Positions 1 to 8,862 of a stretch of 53,645 nucleotides of DNA are shown here, in pieces (position 1 is the first letter of the stretch; every line of letters begins with the position of its first letter). The notes under the pieces were generated by a model. That model saw only the letters and a program-made list of their open reading frames with translations. It was not told where the DNA came from and made no database searches. Position numbers and translations under genes: made by a program. Source of the DNA: a virus (taxonomy: Duplodnaviria > Caudoviricetes); the IMG/VR virus record IMGVR_UViG_3300027769_000039, positions 1-53,645 of that record. The stretch is one strand, 5' to 3'.

Positions 1-30
1 TGGTACGGGACATGCGAGTATTTGAGCCAT
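1..30 (-). CDS. 5' end of a gene running off the window (MAQILACPVP...), possibly tail completion protein gp3 by position
   Basis: ATG at 30-28, just downstream of a TATAAATA motif and the gp23 terminator. Only 10 codons are visible; the gp3 guess is positional. Confidence 0.35.
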   Translation of the reverse strand, partial: MAQILACPVP

Positions 31-35
31 ATAGT

Positions 36-43
36 TATTTATA
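36..43 (-). promoter_or_regulatory. T4-type late promoter TATAAATA
   Basis: Plus strand tatttata is the reverse complement of TATAAATA; 5 nt upstream of an ATG. Confidence 0.75.
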
Positions 44-45
44 AG

Positions 46-75
46 AAAAAAAGAGGGATCCGAAGACCCCTCTTT
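46..75 (-). terminator. Rho-independent terminator after gp23 with cUUCGg tetraloop
   Basis: Minus strand AAAGAGGGGTC-TTCG-GATCCCTC followed by a T7 tract. Confidence 0.9.
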
Positions 76-106
76 AAATTACCTATCTTACGTAGGTTTC
101 TAACTA

Positions 107-1375
107 TTACATCAAGTTAGTAACTTTAACACGACGGTAGTAGTAGTTCTCATTAGCAGTTAAGCCACCTGTGCCATCCAATGAAACGAATGGGTTAGCA
201 ACCATACCATAACGAGTCTTAAAGCCAATCTTTGGTTGGAATGTAGTTGGGTCTACAGCACGAACCAACTGGAGTGGTACGTATGGGCAATAGAACAAAC
301 CAGCATCAAAAGCAGAAGTGCCTTTGTAACCAACAGTAAAGAACTGTGAAGCTGATTGGTTAGCAGAGAATGGGTCAACATAAACTTTATAACGACCATT
401 CAATACACCAGCGAAAGTTGTAGAAGATTCGTCAACATTTAAGTTAGTAGACAATGCAGGAGCATAGTCAAGAACTCCAGCCATCGCTAAAGCAGAAGCT
501 ACATCGCTTGAGCAGATGATGAAGTTACCTTTACCTCTACGAGTTTGCTGAGCAATCGCATTGGCATCGCGTTCGATTTGGAACAAGAGACCTTTGAATT
601 TTTCAACAGACCAACGACCATTAGAGTCAGTATCCAAGTCGAAAGTACCAGCAGTAGTAGTACCGATTTGAGCACCAGCTTTAGCGGTAGTGTAGATTGT
701 ACGGAGAACTTCGCGATTGATTTCAGCAAGGATCTCTGTTGAGAGAATGTTGCTTAATTCGCCTTCAGCGTCAAGACCATGAACAGACTTCAAGTCTTGT
801 GCCAATTCAACAGTGTATTCTGCTTTCAATTGACGAGTCTTAGCAGTAACAGAAGTCTTCTCGATTGAGAAAGCCATTTCGTTAAAGCGTGTACCAGCTT
901 CAGCATCAGTTGTAGTTTGGCCAACACCAGTAGTGTAAGTGCCGTCAACTGGATTGCTACCAGCGTGAACAGGTGAAGAAGCACCAGCGAAGTCTGTATC
1001 AGCTTCGTTGAATAAAGCCTCAGTACCACCTTGAGTTGCATAGCGTGACTTCATAGCGAAGATCAAGCCAGTTGGTTGAGTCATTGGTTGTACACCGCAG
1101 ATGTCATAAGCGATCATTTGTGGAGCAGCACGACGAACCAAGCTGATCAATACTGGATCAAACTTAGCAACAGCACCAGTGTCAGGCATAGCACCTGCAG
1201 CATTGGCGTGAGTTTCAAACAAAGCCTCTTGGGACTTCATTGATTCGCGTTCTTGGTTCTCCAAAAGAACAGCAGTAACTTCTTTACGATAGTTATCCTT
1301 GATTGATGGCAATGCATCATGCTCAAGAATCGGTGCCCATTTCTTAATAAGGGCTTGGCGGTCTAAATTAGACAT
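107..1375 (-). CDS. gp23: Major capsid protein (T4 gp23 family)
   Basis: KKWAPILEH, FDPVLISLVRR, DICGVQPMTQPTGLIFAM, LKAEYTVELAQDLKSVHGLDAE, GLFYCPYVPL, FQPKIGFKTRYG motifs. Confidence 0.99.
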   Translation of the reverse strand: MSNLDRQALIKKWAPILEHDALPSIKDNYRKEVTAVLLENQERESMKSQEALFETHANAAGAMPDTGAVAKFDPVLISLVRRAAPQMIAYDICGVQPMTQPTGLIFAMKSRYATQGGTEALFNEADTDFAGASSPVHAGSNPVDGTYTTGVGQTTTDAEAGTRFNEMAFSIEKTSVTAKTRQLKAEYTVELAQDLKSVHGLDAEGELSNILSTEILAEINREVLRTIYTTAKAGAQIGTTTAGTFDLDTDSNGRWSVEKFKGLLFQIERDANAIAQQTRRGKGNFIICSSDVASALAMAGVLDYAPALSTNLNVDESSTTFAGVLNGRYKVYVDPFSANQSASQFFTVGYKGTSAFDAGLFYCPYVPLQLVRAVDPTTFQPKIGFKTRYGMVANPFVSLDGTGGLTANENYYYRRVKVTNLM

Positions 1376-1392
1376 TTTTGATTCCTTTGTTT

Positions 1393-2418
1393 TTATTTGA
1401 GTTTGTCGAGTGCAGAAAGATACTTCTTAACAGAAGAATCGATTGGTGCAGTCTCGGTTAGAGTTTCAACAGGTGTATCGCTAACAACTGATTTAACTTC
1501 AGTCATTTGCTTTTTACCACCAAAATAATTCTCACGAATTGTCTGTAACTTAGTAGCGAATGTTTCAGAATCTTCATATGATAATTCTTCAGCTAATGCT
1601 TTGAATTTCTCAGAATCAGTATCTGTTAAACCAGAAGCAGTTTGAGTAATTGCGTCTTCACGCTTTTGCTCATTAATTGCTTTAGTTAATTCAATATTCT
1701 TTTCTACTTGCTCATCGAGCTTTGCTTCGAGGGCTTCTACAGTCTCTTGTAAGTCACCCAATACATCGAACTTCTCTTCTGGAACTTCGATATAGTGTTC
1801 AGCAAACAAAGACTTCATACCTTCAATGAAAGACTCCATGATTTCAGACTTCATACCAGATTCAAGGGCTAACTCATTCTCTTGCACCCACTGCTCGACA
1901 ATATAGCCGAGATATCCATCAACTTTTTCAACAAGACCCTCTTTAATGCTCTCAACTTCTTCAAGAAGTTTTGATTCATACGATTCTTCCAAACGAGCAG
2001 TTTCCGCTTTTACACGAGTCATAACTGCTGCTTCGAAAATTGTAGTTGCTTTTGCTTTGAAATCTTCAGAGAGTTCTTCTCCATTCATCAAAGCATCAAT
2101 GTCTTCTTTAACACCAGCAATGTGACTTGCTTCTGGAGCAGTCGCTTTAGCATTGGCTACATTGCTAGATTTCTTAGCAACTTGTGCAGCGTCTTGCTTT
2201 TGTGTGCCGTTTTTAGCATTGTTTTCTTCATCACCTTCAACACTGGTGACTCCGTCAGACTTAGCAATTGCAGCGATATTGCTTGGCTCTTGAGCCGAAG
2301 CGTTTGCTGTAACTACATTACCTTCTTCTAAGGTTTCCTCAGAAACTTCTTCAGAAATCACGGCAGCTTTTGCCTTTGACTCTGCTAACATTTCAGCGAT
2401 TTTTTGTTCGATTGACAT
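1393..2418 (-). CDS. gp22: Prohead core scaffold protein (gp22)
   Basis: Acidic coiled-coil protein with LSEDFKAKATTIFEAAV, KVDGYLGYIVEQWVQENELAL and FAEHYIEVPEEK; directly upstream of gp23. Confidence 0.95.
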   Translation of the reverse strand: MSIEQKIAEMLAESKAKAAVISEEVSEETLEEGNVVTANASAQEPSNIAAIAKSDGVTSVEGDEENNAKNGTQKQDAAQVAKKSSNVANAKATAPEASHIAGVKEDIDALMNGEELSEDFKAKATTIFEAAVMTRVKAETARLEESYESKLLEEVESIKEGLVEKVDGYLGYIVEQWVQENELALESGMKSEIMESFIEGMKSLFAEHYIEVPEEKFDVLGDLQETVEALEAKLDEQVEKNIELTKAINEQKREDAITQTASGLTDTDSEKFKALAEELSYEDSETFATKLQTIRENYFGGKKQMTEVKSVVSDTPVETLTETAPIDSSVKKYLSALDKLK

Positions 2419-2446
2419 CGTTATCTCCTAACTGGATAGTTCTATG

Positions 2447-2458
2447 TATTTATTTATT
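2447..2458 (-). promoter_or_regulatory. Late promoter-like AATAAATA (two overlapping copies) upstream of gp22
   Basis: tatttatttatt in the gp21-gp22 gap. Confidence 0.55.
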
Positions 2459-2460
2459 AT

Positions 2461-3114
2461 TTATCTGATTTTACTCAGAAAACTCTGGAAAGCGAGAATC
2501 TTTGCTTCCTCTAACTGTCTAGAAGAAGCTCTCTTAATAGCATACTTTGCTTCCTCGATATTTTTTTCCACAAACTTTCCATCAACGAATACCCATTCTT
2601 TGCCTTCCATAATACCTCTTACGAATGCATCTGGAGCTGATGGGTCGGCAACAATATCTGCTGCCGTAGATAACATAAAGTCGTCCTGAACAATCTGAAC
2701 ACCCTCATTATTAGTGCGGAGTGAACCCATTGCTCGGCTAGACACACCAAGATTAGCACCACCATCGAGAAGACCTCTAGCGATCATACCCATTGGAGTT
2801 TCTAGGATTTTGGCTTTACCTACATAATTTTTGCCTTCTTTACGGAGATCAACAATCAAATGGGATACACGATCTAAGTTAATAGAAGGTGTTTCTGGAT
2901 GACCAAGTTCGCCGTAGGCACGATTCTTTTCTACATATTCTTTCATGTAACGACCGACTTCTTTGTCCATAATACCTTCTTTGTACATGCGGTTGTTACG
3001 ATTTGTAATTTCTGACTGAAGGAAGATACCTTCAATAAAGTAATTCTTTTTGCCACCGACTTTTTCTTCGATGACGCAGTTTGTAGTTTCTAAAACTTCT
3101 CTAATTAGTTTCAT
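2461..3114 (-). CDS. gp21: Prohead core protease (gp21); start reassigned to MKLIREV at 3114
   Basis: YFIEGIFLQ, NRNNRMY, AYGELGHP, INLDRVSH, LGVSSRAMGSL, ADIVADPSAPDAFV motifs. The ORF track's extra 81 N-terminal codons overlap the upstream gene. Confidence 0.96.
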   Translation of the reverse strand: MKLIREVLETTNCVIEEKVGGKKNYFIEGIFLQSEITNRNNRMYKEGIMDKEVGRYMKEYVEKNRAYGELGHPETPSINLDRVSHLIVDLRKEGKNYVGKAKILETPMGMIARGLLDGGANLGVSSRAMGSLRTNNEGVQIVQDDFMLSTAADIVADPSAPDAFVRGIMEGKEWVFVDGKFVEKNIEEAKYAIKRASSRQLEEAKILAFQSFLSKIR

Positions 3115-3118
3115 AGTT

Positions 3119-3580
3119 TTATACCTTATCTGGAGAACCCGACATAGTAGTCGAAGCACCAACTCTAGTTGGATCGTCGTAAGCACCATAAGTGGAGTTT
3201 TCAACTTTAGAAGCAAAACCACCAACTTTACGGAGAACCAAATAACACTGGGCTTCAGCACCAGCAATCGAAACAACAATATCTTGAGTATTTTGAATAG
3301 TGTCAGCAATACCATTACCTGTTCCAAGGTCAACAGTTCCTTCACCTTCAGAACCAATTGTGAAAATATTTACTGAATTTCTAGTAATAGTAATCGTTGA
3401 AGACGGCAAACCAGTATATTGTAATTGAGCAATATTAACTGTTTGAGTTGCGCCACTTACTTCATCAGTAGTAGCTACACAATCAGTTTGTAAATCGATC
3501 GTTGCAGATGCAGCTGTTCCAGCAACTTTAACAACTGTTTCGTTATTTGTGCACTTTAATATAGTTTTTGTAACAGGCAT
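3119..3580 (-). CDS. Hypothetical protein (153 aa) in the head module
   Basis: Tightly packed ORF between the gp68-like gene and gp21; beta-rich composition. Confidence 0.8.
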   Translation of the reverse strand: MPVTKTILKCTNNETVVKVAGTAASATIDLQTDCVATTDEVSGATQTVNIAQLQYTGLPSSTITITRNSVNIFTIGSEGEGTVDLGTGNGIADTIQNTQDIVVSIAGAEAQCYLVLRKVGGFASKVENSTYGAYDDPTRVGASTTMSGSPDKV

Positions 3581-3581
3581 C

Positions 3582-4124
3582 TTATTCCCCGAGTTCTTTT
3601 ATGATTCTAATGAAGTTGTCTTTACTTTCTCGCATATATTCAACAATTTCATTTTTATCTGCCAATATATTATTTAGCATTAATTGAGTATCTTCATCTA
3701 TTGCAACCACAGAGCCATCGTTTAATTCATATTGTAATTTTCCAGCAAACTCTGCTGTTTTGGATTCTTTAATTGCAGTCACAACTGGATCAACTGTAAA
3801 CATATTAGAAGAGGCAAGTTCTATGTATGATTCTACAAGAGTATCTGTAATCTTATCGATATTATGATATTGTCTTATATAGTGTGCGACTTTTTCTTCT
3901 GGGATCGTATTGTCAATATTTTCTAATAGTTTAGTATCTTCAATATATTTTTTAGCGTATTCCCTTGCCTCTTCTAATGTGCTCAAAGTTTTTACATAAT
4001 GATTATTTACAAACACTTCATTCTCTGGTGTAATTTTTACATCTTCACCATAAATGAAAAGTGTTTGGGCAAGTCCTGATTGTTCTAGGACTTGCTGTTT
4101 AAATGTTGAAAACGATTTACTCAT
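3582..4124 (-). CDS. Probable prohead core protein (gp68-like by position)
   Basis: Acidic 180-aa ORF starting MSKSFSTFK, in the gp67/gp68 position between gp20 and gp21. Confidence 0.55.
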   Translation of the reverse strand: MSKSFSTFKQQVLEQSGLAQTLFIYGEDVKITPENEVFVNNHYVKTLSTLEEAREYAKKYIEDTKLLENIDNTIPEEKVAHYIRQYHNIDKITDTLVESYIELASSNMFTVDPVVTAIKESKTAEFAGKLQYELNDGSVVAIDEDTQLMLNNILADKNEIVEYMRESKDNFIRIIKELGE

Positions 4125-4350
4125 TCTCTTCAGTAGTTTCTTCTTCTGTTTCAGTTTCTGTTTCGTCAGATACTTGTTCGTCAGAAATTTCTTGTACAGC
4201 TTCTGGAGCTCTAAACATATTTTGGGACATATCGTTGCGCATAGCGTCTAATCTCTCAGATACTTTAGCAACCATAATGTTATTAAAGCTGGCTTCAATT
4301 TTACTTGATTCGCCAGTTTCAATTGCGTCGATCAAATCACGAGTACTCAT
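4117..4350 (-). CDS. Small acidic prohead core protein (gp67-like)
   Basis: 77 aa with a very acidic C-terminus, immediately after gp20; GGAG Shine-Dalgarno. Confidence 0.6.
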   Translation of the reverse strand: MSTRDLIDAIETGESSKIEASFNNIMVAKVSERLDAMRNDMSQNMFRAPEAVQEISDEQVSDETETETEEETTEENE

Positions 4351-4363
4351 TTATATCTCCTAG

Positions 4364-5929
4364 TTATTGTTTCTGCTGTTCAGGTTGACCCATCCCAGCG
4401 TTTTCTAATTCTTGTTGTTGGGCAACTTGTTGCATACCCATCATAGCACCTTGTTGTTGAGCATTAGACATTTGATAATTACCTTCAACTTCAATCTGGT
4501 CTTCAATGTCTTCAATCTGTTCTTCTGACATACGAAGAACATTTTTCTTAACCCAATCAACTGAATAAAACTTACCAATATATGGCTCAATCATTTGTAA
4601 TGCTTGCAATCTTTGAGTCAATAATTCTGAATCTTTTAACTCAGCGAAAGCATTATCTTTCATAAAGTCGTAACGGATATCTTTCTTAATAAGATCCCAG
4701 TCAGCTTCGTTGATAACACCTTTGGCAATTAATTGAATCTTTAATGCATCATTAAACAAACCACTAAACTTCTTACGCAATCTTGCAATATATTTCTGAA
4801 ACTTTAATTCATCGCGACTAATTTCTGTCGAACGACCAAGAGTAAATCCAGTATCAGACTGTAATCTACTTGTTGGTACATTTAATGCTTGATATAATTT
4901 AGTTTGGAAATATTGGATATCTTGGATATCACCAAGATTTTGACCACCTGGAAGTGTAGTAATCTCTGTACCTTTACCACCTTCTCTTCGTGGCATCCAA
5001 AAATCTTCAAGCATAGACAAATGTTTACGATCATCTCTTACTTCACCTGTATTCGCATCGTAAACAATTTTATTCTTATAACGATTCATCAAATCATTAA
5101 CATATTGCTCTGCTTTTATTTTTGGCAGATTACCCACATCAACATAAAATATTCTGCGCTCAGGAGCACGGCTGATTCGATAAATTACTACAGCGTCCTC
5201 AATCATTTTTAATTGATTCACTGGTTTAATTGCTTTATGCAAATATGATAACATCATACCAGTATTTAAATCAACCATACCAGAACCACAATATAATACA
5301 GAGTCTAGAGTTAATCTAACACCCTGAGTTGTTTGTTCTGTAATTCCTTTGTCGTTGTAGATATAGTATTCGTCAACCGACACAACAACTTCAACACCTT
5401 TAGGATTCTTTTCCTTCTTGACATTTTTGATCCTACGAATCTTGCGAGGATCAATTGGTCTTAATTCTTGAATCCCGTTTCTTGGATTCTTTTCATCAAT
5501 TAAAATGTGGTAATTTAATCTTCCATCAATATACCACTGTCTAAAAATATCGTGACCTTTATCGCTAAATTTGAGTAAGTTTAATACTTCATCAAACTCT
5601 TCACGAATTTTCTTTTTAATATTATCTGAAACATTTACATCGTCAGTAACTAACTTGACTGCTTCGCTATCTTCTTCTACAACAATTGCCTCATTCACAA
5701 TGTCGTCGATCGCTGTATCACAATCTGGATACTGAGCGACTTCTCGATATCTGCGAATAAGATCGTTTTCATTTTTAACAATACCCTCTAAGTCAACGAC
5801 TAGAGAATAATATGCACCAGCATTAACCGAACTGGTTACCGTTGATCCATCATCAGCAATCGGAGCTACCACTGAAGGTAGCTCTTTTGCCTTTTTACGA
5901 CTTATTTCAAAACCGAATAATTCAGCCAT
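4364..5929 (-). CDS. gp20: Portal vertex protein (gp20)
   Basis: LIRRYRE, WYIDGR, YLHKAIKPVNQLKMIEDAVVIYRISRAPERRIFYVDVGNLPK, EDFWMPRREGGKGTEITTLPGG. Confidence 0.99.
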   Translation of the reverse strand: MAELFGFEISRKKAKELPSVVAPIADDGSTVTSSVNAGAYYSLVVDLEGIVKNENDLIRRYREVAQYPDCDTAIDDIVNEAIVVEEDSEAVKLVTDDVNVSDNIKKKIREEFDEVLNLLKFSDKGHDIFRQWYIDGRLNYHILIDEKNPRNGIQELRPIDPRKIRRIKNVKKEKNPKGVEVVVSVDEYYIYNDKGITEQTTQGVRLTLDSVLYCGSGMVDLNTGMMLSYLHKAIKPVNQLKMIEDAVVIYRISRAPERRIFYVDVGNLPKIKAEQYVNDLMNRYKNKIVYDANTGEVRDDRKHLSMLEDFWMPRREGGKGTEITTLPGGQNLGDIQDIQYFQTKLYQALNVPTSRLQSDTGFTLGRSTEISRDELKFQKYIARLRKKFSGLFNDALKIQLIAKGVINEADWDLIKKDIRYDFMKDNAFAELKDSELLTQRLQALQMIEPYIGKFYSVDWVKKNVLRMSEEQIEDIEDQIEVEGNYQMSNAQQQGAMMGMQQVAQQQELENAGMGQPEQQKQ

Positions 5930-5971
5930 TATATAACCTCAAGTTAAAATCCTACCCCAATCCTAATTGGA

Positions 5972-6568
5972 TTAGAGTGGGAGTGGGAACGAACCAACTG
6001 GAGTATTGACTGTAGCATTAACGCCAAAGGCAGCACCTTCAGTAGAAGTGTTCGAAGTCCAGTAATTGTATTGGAATGTCACATCAAATGTTTCAATTTG
6101 GTTAGTTGTTTCATAATCCAATCCAACTGGACCAATGGCCACTGGATATGCATCACGGAACAAATAGTTTTTAACAGTAGAACCATTGCGATCTAATTGA
6201 TTAACTGACAAATCAACTTGATAATCGCGAGGATTTACACGACCTAAAGTTGAAGAGTTGTTTTGAATTCCGTTTGACCAGACTTCAAAAGCATTTCTAA
6301 TATTGAAAGTTGTATCATTATACACAGTAATTTGCCACTGTTCGAATGTACGCTCGCCAGCAAAATTAATTTGACGACCACGATATTGAATACCAATATT
6401 CTCTAATAGGGAAGTTGGTAATGTGGTTGCTTTACAGAGGAATTGACCTTGCAAACCAGCAATTGCACCTAGCGTTACATAATTAGGGAATGTTAAGTCC
6501 ACTCGGAATTGATTAGGACGAGCACCGCCACCAATCAATTGGGCTTTAAAATCAGCAATATTTGCCAT
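5972..6568 (-). CDS. gp19: Tail tube protein (gp19)
   Basis: GGGARPNQFRV, FLCKATTLP, YRGRQINFAGERTFEQWQITVYND, IETFDVTFQYNYW. Confidence 0.97.
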   Translation of the reverse strand: MANIADFKAQLIGGGARPNQFRVDLTFPNYVTLGAIAGLQGQFLCKATTLPTSLLENIGIQYRGRQINFAGERTFEQWQITVYNDTTFNIRNAFEVWSNGIQNNSSTLGRVNPRDYQVDLSVNQLDRNGSTVKNYLFRDAYPVAIGPVGLDYETTNQIETFDVTFQYNYWTSNTSTEGAAFGVNATVNTPVGSFPLPL

Positions 6569-6587
6569 TTGTTATCTCCTTTTTCTC

Positions 6588-6595
6588 TATTTAGT
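6588..6595 (-). promoter_or_regulatory. Late promoter-like ACTAAATA upstream of gp19
   Basis: tatttagt in the gp18-gp19 gap; the same 8-mer lies upstream of gp18 and of the 2172-aa gene. Confidence 0.6.
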
Positions 6596-6597
6596 CA

Positions 6598-8775
6598 TTA
6601 ACCACCGATCTCTGTGAAGTTCGCAGAAGAGCGAGCAGCAACAAAGTTCAGAGTAATAAAGTTAATAGAGCGATTTGGCTTGATAAAGATATCAGCAATG
6701 AATTCATTGCGGTCAATAACATCGCCAGTGTTATTAGTATCGTCGCACTTAACACGGAAATCAATAATACCACGACGACCTTGGACATCACGGAGGAATG
6801 GCTCGACTAAGTTCTTGAACTGCGCACGAGTAAATCCATCGTTGAATTCAAACAACTGAAACTTAGCAGCAGTTGCAATTGCTTTTTCGAGAGTAATAAA
6901 CAGACGACGGACATTGATGCGATCGAAAGCACTTGGTTTAGTCTGCATTGTTTTATCGCCGAACAGGACAATTCCTTGACCTGGGAATGAAACAACTGGA
7001 TTAACGCCAGCTTTGTAAAGCGTGTCGCGATTTGTTTTGTCTGGATTGTGAGCCAAGCGAACAACATTCTTAATCTGACCACGATTATATCCACCTGGGG
7101 AATACCATGGGTCGTTGGTGTAATCAGTACGAGCACACAAACCTGCCACATCAGCATTTAATGGGACATAACGATACTTGTCATTATAGCGATCGTATTG
7201 ATATTTGTAACCAGAATCAATAACAGCATAAGAATGGATTACATTGACTGCATTACGGAATGTTACGATAGCATCAGTCTCAGTTGAAGAGTTACCGACA
7301 ATAACATCACCAGTAGTATTATCTTGCGGAGAAATAAATGCAACGCAATCAGCACGAGTTTGTGCCAGATCAGCGATAATCTTAGCAGTCGCAGCATTTG
7401 CTTTACCAGCGATAATTAAACTTACATCATAGAGTTCAGCATTAGCAAAAAGATTATACGCAGCTTGTTGTTGACCAGCAGTCATTGAATAATCGTCAAC
7501 ACCACCAGCTAAACTTAATGATACAGCAGAAACCAATGCTGTAAATGTATTGCTCGATGCGCTTGTTCCCCAGTCAGAACTAGCAGGATAATCAGTCCAC
7601 CAAATATAATCTGAGTTTGCGTTGATTACATCTTTATAGTGATTGTTTGTTCCATCTGGCTTTTTACCATCGCCAGCTTTAGAAACGAATGCATATTTTT
7701 CTAGCACAGCTCCTGGTGTACCAGTCCACTCGCCATCTTCGTCAATAATGATAATATGCATTTCATCATCAGAACCACCAACACTGGCAGCATAGGAAGA
7801 AGTTCCTGGAGCAGCATCAAATTCAAGTTTATATGTCCAAGCTGCAAAAGTTGTTGAGTCAGCATAAGAAACTTTTAATGAATTTCCAAGAGTGCCTGGG
7901 AATTTAGCAGCAAATTCTCCAGTAACAGCAGCTCCTGATGAGAATGATGCTAGATAGTGCTCAGAGTTTCTAATTTTTACTCCAGCAGTAGCAACAGTTC
8001 TATTCAATAAAGCAGTAACTCCTGATGGAGGAGCTGCTACAGTAATTGTTGGAGCAGTAGAATAACCAGTACCAGCAGTAACAATTGTTGCAGAAGCAAT
8101 GCTTGAAGAAGCAATAGTAACTGCACCAAGAGTAGCATTTCCTGCACTAACTGTAGCAGTAACAGTACCTTTGTATCCTGTACCACCACCAACAACAGTA
8201 ATTGTATCAATAGATTGGTTTGGAGCAGTACCGATCATGTTTACAGTAAAGGTTGCTCCAGATCCGCCACTAGGTGCAGAAATGTTAATATTTGGAGCAG
8301 CTGAGTAACCAGATCCGCCACTAGTTACAGCAATAGCAGTAATAGCACCGCCAGAAAGTGTAACTGTTACAACAGCTTGAGTACCACCAGCTTCATCTGG
8401 AGCACTTACTGTTACGGCAGGGGCAGCAGCAGTAGAACTATAACCAGAACCTGCAGTTCCAACTGTTACAGTTGCTAATCCACCTGTTGGTGTAGAAACA
8501 GCATTTTTACCATTGGTAGAATCTGCACGAACGAGCAACAGATTATTAGCATATGATAAAAAGTTTGCTGCTGAAAAAAATGAAGCGAAGTTGGAGTCGT
8601 TAGGTTTACCGAATTGCTGAACCAAAACATTTTCCGAAGAAACTGTGACTGGTTGCAATACTGGACCCCAAGCAAAAGAACCTGCAAAAGCACCAACAGA
8701 AGAACTAACTGCTGGAACGATTGATGAAAAGTCTTTTTCTACGACTGCAACACCTGGACTAAGTTGAAAAGGCAT
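6598..8775 (-). CDS. gp18: Tail sheath protein (gp18) with a Gly/Thr-rich repeat insertion
   Basis: MPFQLSPGVAVVEKD, FAWGP, YDRYNDKYRYVPLNADVAGLCARTD, SAFDRINVRRLF, IFIKPNRSINFITLNFVA. Confidence 0.98.
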   Translation of the reverse strand: MPFQLSPGVAVVEKDFSSIVPAVSSSVGAFAGSFAWGPVLQPVTVSSENVLVQQFGKPNDSNFASFFSAANFLSYANNLLLVRADSTNGKNAVSTPTGGLATVTVGTAGSGYSSTAAAPAVTVSAPDEAGGTQAVVTVTLSGGAITAIAVTSGGSGYSAAPNINISAPSGGSGATFTVNMIGTAPNQSIDTITVVGGGTGYKGTVTATVSAGNATLGAVTIASSSIASATIVTAGTGYSTAPTITVAAPPSGVTALLNRTVATAGVKIRNSEHYLASFSSGAAVTGEFAAKFPGTLGNSLKVSYADSTTFAAWTYKLEFDAAPGTSSYAASVGGSDDEMHIIIIDEDGEWTGTPGAVLEKYAFVSKAGDGKKPDGTNNHYKDVINANSDYIWWTDYPASSDWGTSASSNTFTALVSAVSLSLAGGVDDYSMTAGQQQAAYNLFANAELYDVSLIIAGKANAATAKIIADLAQTRADCVAFISPQDNTTGDVIVGNSSTETDAIVTFRNAVNVIHSYAVIDSGYKYQYDRYNDKYRYVPLNADVAGLCARTDYTNDPWYSPGGYNRGQIKNVVRLAHNPDKTNRDTLYKAGVNPVVSFPGQGIVLFGDKTMQTKPSAFDRINVRRLFITLEKAIATAAKFQLFEFNDGFTRAQFKNLVEPFLRDVQGRRGIIDFRVKCDDTNNTGDVIDRNEFIADIFIKPNRSINFITLNFVAARSSANFTEIGG

Positions 8776-8842
8776 TGTAATTCTCCTTGTTACATGTACA
8801 TGTTATTTGTTTGTGCCATTTGAGTTTGAGCATTCACTAGAT

Positions 8843-8850
8843 TATTTAGT
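8843..8850 (-). promoter_or_regulatory. Late promoter-like ACTAAATA upstream of gp18
   Basis: tatttagt in the gp17-gp18 gap. Confidence 0.6.
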
Positions 8851-8862
8851 AAAATCAACTTT

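Noticed and set aside
3115-3357. 81-aa N-terminal extension of gp21 in the ORF track
   Set aside because: It is an alternative frame of the upstream 153-aa gene; gp21 similarity starts at MKLIREV (3114).
8786-8806. Near-palindrome tgttacatgtacatgtta in the gp18 leader
   Set aside because: Single short AT-rich instance with no second copy found; cannot support an operator call.
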